Below are positions 53,101 to 64,000 of a stretch of DNA of 64,000 nucleotides, one piece after another. The stretch is from Amphiscolops sp. MND2022 (Eukaryota): positions 37,946,001 through 38,010,000 of the forward strand of contig OZ076409.1 of NCBI GenBank assembly GCA_964187785.1, given 5' to 3'. Position 1 is the stretch's first letter; every line of letters begins with the position of its first letter. The notes under the pieces were generated by a model that worked only from the letters and a program-made list of their open reading frames with translations, was not told the origin of the DNA and ran no database searches. Both the position numbers and the translations under genes were made by a program.

Positions 53101-53995
53101 GAGTTTATCCAATGTCATTTTTCATGTCACCTTAGCTCACTGACAATTTTTGGTTATATTGTCGGAGACCGTGCGGACCGTTGTTGACGAGGAATTCACA
53201 TGTTTCGAAATATGAGCTGATTTTCAAAAAATCATTCCTCACTATAAGGCATTTTTTGGCACAATCATTGCTCCAGACATACTTTGCGGTAGTACCGTGG
53301 AGAGACCCCAGCCCCCTGATCTTTTTCATAATAATGACTTACGCTGCTACTGGTGCTGCGTGTTGAGCAATTGAATGAAAAGTACTGTATAAAAAATTTC
53401 ATCATTGCTCATCATGCCATACACCCCAAAAAATCGACTTTTTTATTACGACCCCTACAGGTGTACAAATTATGTTTTTGAAACCCTCATTGAATGCTGA
53501 CAATTTGTGGTCTTATGGTCCGAGACCGTTCGGACCGTTTAACATGCTTAAAATGACCTATAAGTACAGGTGATATTGGTGATACTTCACATTTCGGCAT
53601 TTTTTGGCACTTTAAGTGCCTCCAGTGGCACTTTTCTGGCACCATCAATCGCATCGTTGCATTTCACAACTTTTTGTTAGTATGCATCATTGGGCTAGCG
53701 TGCACCGTGTAAAAGTTATTAAAGAAAAACGTTATATCCGAACAAAAATTCGTTATATCCGAACTTTTGTCAAAAACACCATGAAGGACAAGTTTGCGGG
53801 AAAAACGTCAGCAGAAAAAAGTTCTTAGAATTGGGAGAAATGGCCATATGCAAATTTTCAAGAAATTCTCACGGCTCATTTAAGAAATAACCTTCCCACA
53901 CGTAGGTGTCGGGTAGTATATAGAGATCCTTATATAACGCGCTCGGTCCCGGGTCCCTCCCCGGCCTCGCACATTATTGCAGTGGGACAACACGT
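44200..53995 (+). mobile_element. Two long units, family L subtype 2 (44200-49090, 4891 bp; 49091-53995, 4905 bp)
   Basis: Highly similar to each other after the first ~260 bp. Tail ...gcagtgggacaacacgt. Confidence 0.6.
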
Positions 53996-56900
53996 GACCA
54001 CCCAGCGGAGGTAATTAGAGCACTACTAGAGGGCGGCCTAAAGCAAAGGATGAGACGTTTGTTTATAAAGATTGCAAATCTTTCTTGTACATTCCGCTAC
54101 CTGTTTTGGTTCAATTTTTCATGGAATCAACTATAAAATTCATCACCAGCATGCCACAGAATTGACAACAATGAAGGCAGTTGAAACAAAGACAAGGTAT
54201 TTTGAGCTTTTCCTTGAAGCAGACTCCGTTGATCATGCAAGATGATGCAAACCTCGAAACACCATTGCTATAACATCAGTGACAATGAAACTTTTCTACA
54301 AATGAAATTGTCACTAATGCAGAGCGATTTCTTCAAATCCTTGGTAATGTTAGGATACAAAGTAATGGCCATTGAGGTGGTTAGTATTGGATCAAAACAC
54401 CGCATTCCACCCCCATTCGAATGCGATGACATAGGAGAAGAGGTGAAACTTTGACTCACCCTTCAGAAATTAAACAACAAACGAGAAGAATTTTTAAAAA
54501 AGTAGCAATGAATAACTTATTGAAAGACTTTTTGTGTTATGTATGCCGCAGAACTTTCTTTCATTTGTTTTCGGTAAGTTTTTTTACACTATGAATACCA
54601 TGATTATTCCCATCCTTTAAACAAATTTTAAATGCTGACACTCAATTAGAGTTTGTTGGCACTTTGACACTACTAATGAAAGCTTTTAACAGAAGATGTA
54701 ACGTATTGTCAGGTGGAGGGGATGCGGGGTTCCTGAAGCCAATAACGGAGGACATAGTAAAACGACGGGACATACCACGGATTCATAGAATCTGAATGTT
54801 TTGATTTGTTTAGGTATTTTTGACAGACACCAAGAAAAAGTGTTGTGTTTGAATTCAGTGATGATAAGCATTAACGAAATGAAAGTGTCAGCTTATTACA
54901 TGTTATCAAATACAGACACAGTGGAAGGCTCAAAAATACTGTCCACAAGTGAACAGGATGAAGAGGGGTTCTTGTTTTTTGTTGGTTGTAGTGATAGCCT
55001 TCCAAGTTGGCCGAAGGCCAACTTGGAAGGCTATCACAAGATTCATTTATTAGTTATAAGCTCGTTCCAAAAATGCATGGTTCAATGTGAATCGTATAAT
55101 AAGCAAACGTAATCAATGTGAGTAGGTTGTCAAGTCAATAGAGTGTGCAAAGTGAAAGTAGTGAGAATGGAATTTTATTTAGTTACTATAAAGTTGCTTC
55201 AGTCTTTGCTAATTCAACATTTAAGGAACATTGCTTGTAAAACAAATGACTCTTTTCAGCAGTAACAGAGGAGTTTGGAACAACGGGAAGATCAAAGACT
55301 TTGAAACAGATCCACAGTTGTATAACCCTACTAATTCAACTGCTGATTAATGTTTACATTATCAAGTTTTAGAGGGAAACTGCTAAAATTCTGATGATAA
55401 TATTTTAGTACTATGGTAAGTTTTGTGTTACACAATGCTTTATGCACCACAGTTTGCATATTCAACCCTCTGGAGACCCCATATTCGCAACACTGATGCT
55501 ATATTATTAGTCATTGACGGGAAGTACGTAAGTTTTTATTTTATTCTGTTTTTATTGTGAAAATGTGTCATCGAAATTTTTACTTGAAAGTTGAATTTTT
55601 CTTTGCGAAACGTGTTTTTGTGGCTCACATGTCACTGAAGCCTTTGATACCAGTAATACATCTGTTTTTCAGTATTTTGGAGGCCACAGGTTACGTCAGA
55701 CACAATAATGTTGTTCAAAACACCGGAAATCAATTTTTGACCTGACAAAAATTGGGTTTTTGTGGAAAAAATTTTTCTTGTTAAGAACGAATGGGATGAA
55801 AAATCTGTCCAGACCGAGCATGGTTGTATTATAAAAACTATTTATAACACTAAACAAGTTGTTTGGTGTCTGTGAGGTCGTTGTTGAGCGTTAATACCAT
55901 AACCGACAAGGACCGATGAAAAAAAGCATAATGGAACGTGACAATTAACAGAAATTTTTGGGAAATATCTCCTCTCATCACTACTTTTGACATGTCGAAA
56001 TTCCTTCCATTGATTTGTGAAGTCTGGTATCTACCTTGGTTGATCCTCCGGTTTAGTGTTAGACCAAAAACAGCCCTAGTAAGGCAGCCGATACCAAAAA
56101 AAGTGGTAACACATCCGGAAAAAAGCTGAAGTTGTAAACATGCGTCTACTCAGTTTGATATTTTTAGGCACCTCAGATTCTGAAAAACTACCTTGAAAGT
56201 TCTGTAAACATCATTTTCATAAATTAGAGTGCTCGTGGGTTGTATTAGAAGCCAATAGTTGGTGATAAAGCTGCATTTTGTCAATTCGACTCCGCCAAAA
56301 ATGTGATATTGTATGAATTTTCGACAAATTATCCTATCGATTAGTAAATATTGTTGCCCATGACTACTCGAATGATAGTGTCAGTGTCATGTCAATGCCC
56401 AGTTGCGTTCTTTCTATGCCACTGGACGAAGAAAACAGGTTAGTTGATGTTTGTGGGCAAAAATTGGCGGTCCTATACTTCAAAAACTGAATTGGAAACA
56501 AACTTTTGGTTGGATTTTTGTTTGTCAACGGGGCTTTTGGCAATAAAAATCACAATATAACCTCTCTGGAAGGTCAATATGTGTTTCACGTCAGCTGTAC
56601 ACTTGGTTGTGAACAAAAAAGAGTCTTGATTCACTGAAAAAGCACTTTAGCTATTTTCCAATCAACCAAAGTATCGATATGTACAGTATCATTATCTCTT
56701 GTGTAACGTCTAATGGCAGTTGATTTTTTAAAAATGACTCCAAAATCACAGTGGCCACTTTGCTTATGCTATCCACGTGCCATGTTATGCAAAACAACAT
56801 TTTATGTGGCTATTGTAATTTAAAAATTGATTTTGGGCACTGAAAAACATGTTTTTTGGGTGAAAAATTGTTTTTCGAAACCCAAAATCTCACTTTGTTA

Positions 56901-59900
56901 GCACGAAAAATCCAAATTTTTACAGAAGCATGCTACAGTTAAACTGATGGGTTTTTGGGCGTCACCATAGCTCAAGAAAAATTTTCTACCTTATGGACGG
57001 AGACCGTACAGACCGTTGTTCGCGAGCAAATGACCTTTTTGTAAGTCCGAGTCGCCTGAAAAAATGCTATGTAAAGCATGTAAGCACATTTATTACTCCC
57101 TGTAGCATTTGGTGAAAACTTTTTATCACCATTCGGTGGACCAGTGGCCCACGTTCACTTTCCAAAAGATGACCCATGTTGCTATCTGTACTGTGTCAGG
57201 AGATATACATACCCGAAATGTAGTTACGATGTGACAACATGACTCTCTATAACTCTCGGACTCACCTAAAAATTCTAAATTTTTTCAGAAGCACTCTACA
57301 AGTGTACTAATAAGTTTTTGAGCGTCACCATAGCACACTGACACTTTTTGAACTTATGGTCGAAGACCGTACGGACCGTTGTTTGAGCAGAAATGGGCTT
57401 TTTGTAGGTCCGAGTCGTGCAAAAAAATGCTAAATACCTCATCTTGGCCTTTTATTCACGCCATGTAGCACTTATTGAAAACTTTTTATTACCATTCGGT
57501 AGACCAGTGGCCCACGTTCATTTTTGAAAAGATGACCCATAATGCTATCTGTACTCTGGCAGGAGATATGCATATCCGAAATGTTATTACGAAGTGACAC
57601 CATAACTCTCTATCCCATGTAAAAATTCGAAATTCGTTCAGGAGCTACCTACACTTGTTCTGATGTGTTTTTGGGCGCTACCATGTTACACTGACAAATT
57701 TTGATCTTATGGTACGAGACCGTTCGGACCGTTCCTGAAGAGAAAATCACCATTTTGTGACTCCGAGTCGACATGAAAAATTGAAAAAAACACTTCTGAG
57801 AGTTTTTTTCTTTGACAATGGCAACTAGGCTGTGTTTTTTACACTCAATCGTTAGACCAGTGGCCAATGTTCATTTTCATAAAGATGACCCACAGTGCTA
57901 ACTGTACTCGGTTATGAGTAACATGATTATGAAATGTTCATACGACGTATTACATCAACTCGGACCGTGACTCAAAAAAATTAAATTTTTTCAGAGGCCC
58001 CCCAGAGGTTAACCAATGTCATTTTCGGTAACGCCAAAGCTCACTGACATTGTTTGACCTGGTTGTCGGACACCGTGCGGACCGTTGCTGGCGAGGAATT
58101 CACATGTTTGTAAAAATGAGCTGATTTGCAAAAACTCATTCCTCACTATAAGGCATTTTTTGGCACAATCATTGCCCCAGGCCTACTTTGCGATAGTACC
58201 GTGGGTAGACCCCAGCCCCCTGATACTTTTCATAAATATGACTTCCCCTGCTACTGGTGCTGCGTGGTGAGTAATTGAATGAAAAGTACTGTATAAAAAA
58301 TTTCATCATTGCTCATCATGCCATACACCCCAAAAAATCGACTTTTTTATTACGACCACTACAGGTGTCTAAATTATATTTTTGAAACCCTCAATGAATG
58401 CTAAAAATTTTTGACTTTATGGTCCGAGACCGTTCGGACCGTTTAACGTGCTTAAAATGACCTATAAGTACAGGTGATACTGGTGATACTTTACATTTTG
58501 GCATTTTTTGGCACTTTTAGTGCCACCAGCGGCACTTTTTTGGCACTATCATTTGACGCGCCACATTTCACAATTTTTTGTTAGTATGCCCATTTGGGCT
58601 ACCGTGCACCGTGTAAAAGTTATTAAAGAAAAACGTTATATCCGAACAAAAATTCGTTATATCCGAACTTTTGTCAAAAACACCATGAAGGACAAGTTTC
58701 TGGGAAAAACGTCAGCAGAAAAAAGTTCTTAGAATTGGGAGAAATGGCCGTATGCAAATTTTCAAGGAATTCTCACGGCTCATTTCGAAAATAACCTTCC
58801 CACGCGTAGGTGTCGGGTAGTATATAGAGATCCTTATATAACGCGCTCGGTCCCGGGTCCCTCCCCGGCCTCGCACATTATTGCAGTGGGACAACACGTG
58901 ACCACCCAGCGGAGGTAATTAGAGCACGACTAGAGGGCGGCCTAAAGCAAAGGATGAGACGTTTGTTTATAAAGATTGCAAATCTTTCTTGTACATTTCG
59001 CTACCTGTTTTGGTTCAATTTGTCATGGAAGCAACTATAAAATTCATCACCAGCATGCCACAGAATTGACAACAATGAAGGCAGTTGAAACAAAGACAAG
59101 GTATTTTGAGCTTTTCCTTGAAGAAGACTCCGTTGATCATGCAAGATGATGCAAACCTCGAAACACCATTGCTATAACATCAGTGACAATGAAACTTTTC
59201 TACAAATGAAATTGTCACTAATGCAGAGCGATTTCTTCAAATCCTTGGTACTGTTAGGATACAAATTAATGGCCATTGAGGTGGTTAGTATTGGATCAAA
59301 ACACCCCATTCCACCCCATTCGAATGCGATGACATAGGGGAAGAGGTGAAACTTTGACTCACCCTTCAGAAATTAAACAACAAACGAGAAGATTTTTTAA
59401 AAAAGTAGCAATGAATAACTTATTGAAAGACTTTTTGTGTTATGTATGCCGCAGAACTTTCTTTCATTTGTTTTCGGTAAGTTTTTTTACACTATGATTA
59501 CCATGATTATTCCCGTCCTTTAAACAAATTTTAAATGCTGACACTCAATTAGAGTTTGTTGGCACTTTGACACTACTCATGAAAGCTTTTAACAGAAGAT
59601 CTAACGTATTGTCAGGTGGAGGGGATGCGGGGTTCCTGAAGCCAATAACGGAGGACATAGTAAAACGACAAGACATACCACGGATTCATAGAATCTGAAT
59701 GTTTTGATTTGTTTAGGTATTTTTGACAGACACCAAGAAAAAATGTTGTGTTTGAATTCAGTGATGATAAGCATTAACGAAATGAAAGTGTCAGCTTATT
59801 ACATGTTATCAAATACAGACACAGTGGAAGGCTCAAAAATACTGTCCACAAGTGAACAGGATGAAGAGGGGTTCTTGTTTTTTGTTGGTTGTAGTGATAG

Positions 59901-62900
59901 CCTTCCAAGTTGGCCGAAGGCCAACTTGGAAGGCTATCACAAGATTCACTTATAAGTTATAAGCTCGTTCCAAAAATGCATGGTTCAATGTGAATCGTGT
60001 ATTAAGCAAACGTCATCAATGTGAGTAGGTTGTCAAGTCTATAGAGTCTGCAAAGTGCAAGTAGTGAGAGTGGAATTTTATTTAGGTACTATAAAGTTGC
60101 TTCAGTCTTTGCTAATTTAACATTTAAGGAACATTGCTTGTAAAACAAATGACTCTTTTCAGCAGTAACAGAGGAGTTTGGAACAACGGGAAGATCAAAG
60201 ACTTTGAAACAGATCCACAGTTGTATAACCCTACTAATTCAACTGCTGATTAATGTTTACACTATCAAGTTTTAGAGGGAAACTGCTAAAATTCTGATGA
60301 TAATATTTTAGTACTATGGTATGTTTTGTGTTACACAATGCTTTATGCACCACAGTTTGCATATTCAACCCTCTGGAGACCCCATATTCGCAACACTGAT
60401 GCTATATTATTAGTCATTGACGGGAACTACGTAAGTTTTTATTTTATTCTGTTTTTATTGTGAAAATGTGTCATCGAAATTTTTACTTGAAAGTTGAATT
60501 TTTCTTTGCGAAACGTGTTTTTGTGGCTCACATGTCACTGAAGCCTTTGATACCAGTAATACATCTGTTTTTCAGTATTTTGGAGGCCACAGGTTACGTC
60601 AGACACAATAATGTTATTCAAAACACCGGAAATCAATTTTTTACCTGACAAAAATAGGGTTTTTGTGGAAAAAATTTTTCTTGTTAAGAACGAATGGGAT
60701 GAAAAATCTGTCCAGACCGAGCATGGTTGTATTATAAAAACTATTTATAACACTAAACAAGTTGTTTGTTGTCTGTGAGGTCGTTGTTGAGCGTTGATAC
60801 CATAACCGACAAGGACCGATGAAAAAAAGAATAATGGAACGTGACAATTAACAGAAATTTTTGGGAAATATCTCCTCTCATCACTACTTTTGACATGTCG
60901 AAATTCCTTCCATTGATTTGTGAAGTCTGGTATCTACCTTGGTTGATCTTCTGGTTTAGTGTTAGACCAAAAACAGCCCTAGTAAGGCAGCCGATACCAA
61001 AAAAAGTGGTAACACATCCGGAAAAAAGCTGAAGTTGCAAATATGCGTCTACTCAGTTTGATATTTTTAGGCACCTCAGATTCTGAAAAATTACCTTGAA
61101 AGTTCTGTAAACATCATTTTCCTAAATTATAGTGCTCGTGGATTGTATTAGAAGCCAATAGTTGGTGATAAAGCTGCATTTTGTCAATTCGACTCCGCCA
61201 AAAATGTGATATTGTATGAATTTTCGACGAATTGTCCTATCGATTAGTAAATATTGTTGCCCATGACTACTCGAATGATAGTGTCAGTGTCATGTCAATG
61301 CCCAGTTGCGTTTTTTTAATACCACTAGACCAAGAAAATAGGTTAGTTAATGTTTGTGGGCAAAAATTGGCGGTCCTATACTTCAAAAATTGAATTAGAA
61401 ACAAATTTTAGGCTGGATTTTTGTTTGTCAACGGGGATTTTGTCACTCAAAATCGCAATATAACCATTGTGGAAGGTCAATATGTGTTCCACGTCAGCTG
61501 TACACTTGGTTGTGAACAAAAAAGAGTCTTGATTGACTGAAAAAGCAATTTAGCTATTTTCCAATCAACCAAAGTATCGATATGTACAGTATCATTATCT
61601 CTTGTGTAACGTCTAATGGCAGTTGATTTTTTAAAAATGACTCCAAAATCACAGTGGCCACTTTGCTTATGCTATCCACGTGCCATGTTATGCAAAACAA
61701 CATTTTATGTGGCTATTGTAATTTAAAAATTGATTTTGGGCACTGGAAAACATGTTTTTTGGGTGAAAAATTGTTTTTCGAAACTCAAAATCTCACTTTG
61801 TGAGCACGAAAATTCCAAATTTTTACAGAAGCATGCTACAGTTAAACTGATGGGTTTTTGGGCGTCACCATAGCTAAAGAAAAATTTTCTACCTTATGGA
61901 CGGAGACCATACAGACCGTTGTTCGCGAGCAAATGACCTTTTTGTAAGTCCGAGTCGCCTGAAAAAATGCTATGTAACGCATGTAAGCACATTTATTACT
62001 CCCTGTAGCATTTGGTGAAAACTTTATATCACCATTCGGTGGACCAGTGGCCCACGTTCACTTTCCAAAAGATGACCCATGTTGCTATCTGTACTGTGTC
62101 AGGAGATATACATACCCGAAATGTAGTTACGATGTGACAACATGACTCTCTATAACTCTCGGACTCACCTAAAAATTCTAAATTTTTTCAGAAGCACTCT
62201 ACAAGTGTACTAATAAGTTTTTGAGCGTCACCATAGCACACTGACACTTTTTGAACTTATGGTCGAAGACCGTACGGACCGTTGTTGGAGCAGAAATGGG
62301 CTTTTTGTAGGTCCGAGTCGTGCAAAAAAATGCTAAATACCTCATCTTGGCCTTTTATTCACGCCATGCAGCACTTATTGAAAACTTTTTATTACCATTC
62401 GGTAGACCAGTGGCCCACGTTCATTTTTGAAAAGATGACCCATAATGCTATCTGTACTCTGGCAGGAGATATGCATATCCGAAATGTTATTACGAAGTGA
62501 CACCATAACTCTCTATCCCACGTAAAAATTCGAAATTCGTTCAAGAGCTACCTACACTTGTTCTGATGTGTTTTTGGGCGCCACCATGTTACACTGACAA
62601 ATTTTGATCTTATGGTACGAGACCGTTCGGACCGTTCCTGAAGAGAAAATCACCATTTTGTGACTCCGAGTCGACATGAAAAATTGAAAAAAACACTTCT
62701 GAGAGTTTTTTCTTTGGCAATGGCAACTAGGCTGTGTTTTTTGCATTCAATCGTTAGACCAGTGGCCAATGTTCATTTTCATAAAGATGATCCACAGTGC
62801 TAACTGTACTCGGTTATGAGTAACATGATTATGAAATGTTCATACGACGTATTACATCAACTCGGACCGTGACTCAAAAAAATTAAATTTTTTCAGAGGC

Positions 62901-63801
62901 CCCCCAGAGGTTAACCAATGTCATTTTCGGTAACGCCAAAGCTCACTGACATTGTTTGACCTGGTTGTCGGAGACCGTGCGGACCGTTGCTGGCGAGGAA
63001 TTCATATGTTTGTAAAAATGAGCTGATTTGCAAAAACTCATTCCTCACTATAAGGCATTTTTTGGCACAATCATTGCCCCAGGCCTACTTTGCGATAGTA
63101 CCGTGGGTAGACCCCAGCCCCCTGATATTTTTCATAAATATGACTTCCGCTGCTACTGGTGCTGCGTGGTGAGTAATTGAATGAAAAGTACTGTATAAAA
63201 AATTTCATCATTGCTCATCATGCCATACACCCCAAAAAATCGACTTTTTTATTACGACCACTACAGGTGTCTAAACTATATTTTTGAAACCCTCAATGAA
63301 TGCTAAACATTTTTGACATTATGGTCCGAGACCGTTCGGACCGTTTAACGTACTTAAAATGACCTATAAGTACAGGTGATACTGGTGATACTTTACATTT
63401 TGGCATTTTTTGGCACTTTCAGTGCCACCAGCGGCACTTTTTTGGCACTATCATTTGACGCGCCACATTTCACAACTTTTTGTTAGTATGCATTATTGGG
63501 CTAGCATGCACCGTGTAAAAGTTATTAAAGAAAAACGTTATATCCGAACAAAAATTCGTTATATCCGAACTTTTGTCAAAAACACCATGAAGGACAAGTT
63601 TCTGGGAAAAACGTCAGCAGAAAAAAGTTCTTAGAATTGGGAGAAATGGCCGTATGCAAATTTTCAAGGAATTCTCACGGCTCATTTAAAAAATAACCTT
63701 CCCACGCGTAGGTGTCGGGTAGTATATAGAGATCCTTATATAACGCGCTCGGTCCCGGGTCCCTCCCCGGCCTCGCACATTATTGCAGTGGGACAACACG
63801 T
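53996..63801 (+). mobile_element. Two long units, family L subtype 3 (53996-58899, 4904 bp; 58900-63801, 4902 bp)
   Basis: Highly similar pair with a perfect 22-bp-arm palindrome and the same tail as subtype 2. Confidence 0.6.
54991..55037. repeat. Perfect inverted repeat, 22-bp arms with a GAA loop (representative; one per complete long unit)
   Basis: GTGATAGCCTTCCAAGTTGGCC-GAA-GGCCAACTTGGAAGGCTATCAC. Confidence 0.95.
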
Positions 63802-64000
63802 GACCACCCAGTGGAGGCGAGGTTGTTGCAGTTACACTGCCGAGAAGCGAGGAAAATGTGTATAGAAAGAAAAGAATTTTCAACAATAAAATTTTCGTTT
63901 TACGTTCTGTTGACAAAAGTAGTCTTTGTTGTGTTCAACGTATTTCATATTTGGCATCTCCACGACACGTGGTGCCTTACAATGCTACTTGTCACTTATC
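63802..64000 (+). mobile_element. Start of another long A unit (truncated by the window)
   Basis: Matches the heads at 22156 and 27054. Confidence 0.6.

Larger units (their letters stand above)
1..64000. repeat. Heterogeneous head-to-tail array of ~1.05-kb and ~4.9-kb non-coding units joined at a shared GACCACC core; it runs off both ends of the window
   Basis: 34 junctions read GCTCG-N-GGGNCCCTNCCC-N-CTCGCA-(~25 nt)-GACCACC-YAGYGRWGG. There is no unique spacer DNA between units and all units have the same orientation. Confidence 0.97.

Noticed and set aside
2247..63808. CRISPR array or bacterial integron
   Set aside because: The intervening units are 1-5 kb, mutually homologous and lack genes. 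There are no cas or intI genes and no GTTRRRY attC pattern. The integron comparison is an analogy only.
1..64000. Simple satellite or collapsed-assembly artefact
   Set aside because: Copies carry their own substitutions, several distinct families are interleaved, and the joins are base-precise. Long-read confirmation is still advisable.

Overview
The whole 64-kb window is one non-coding, AT-rich array of head-to-tail units, all in the same orientation. It is probably eukaryotic, but the organism cannot be determined from the sequence. I find no credible protein-coding, rRNA or tRNA gene; the short ORFs are by-products of the repeats. The array is not a simple satellite. It holds 33 complete units plus 2 partial ones, from at least six families (my labels: short B, C, D, E; long A, L). 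All are joined through one invariant 7-bp core, GACCACC. The core starts at 34 positions: 2247, 3280, 4322, 5382, 6421, 7471, 8509, 9541, 10578, 11627, 12664, 13703, 14736, 15807, 16876, 17946, 19016, 20086, 21122, 22156, 27054, 31950, 33020, 34090, 35121, 36163, 37200, 38232, 43130, 44200, 49091, 53996, 58900 and 63802. Units fall into only two tight size classes: 26 of 1031-1071 bp and 7 of 4891-4905 bp. Family identity switches exactly within the core, and near-identical units recur far apart with different neighbours. Every unit ends in a conserved GC-rich structured block. Short units carry a covarying hairpin at about +200 to +230, and long units carry a 22-bp-arm palindrome at about +1 kb. 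My best inference is a cassette-like array of non-autonomous mobile or circularisable elements integrated site-specifically into each other's ends by an enzyme encoded elsewhere (tyrosine recombinase or HUH rolling-circle type). The mechanism is a hypothesis. Coordinates were counted by eye and may be off by a few bases.
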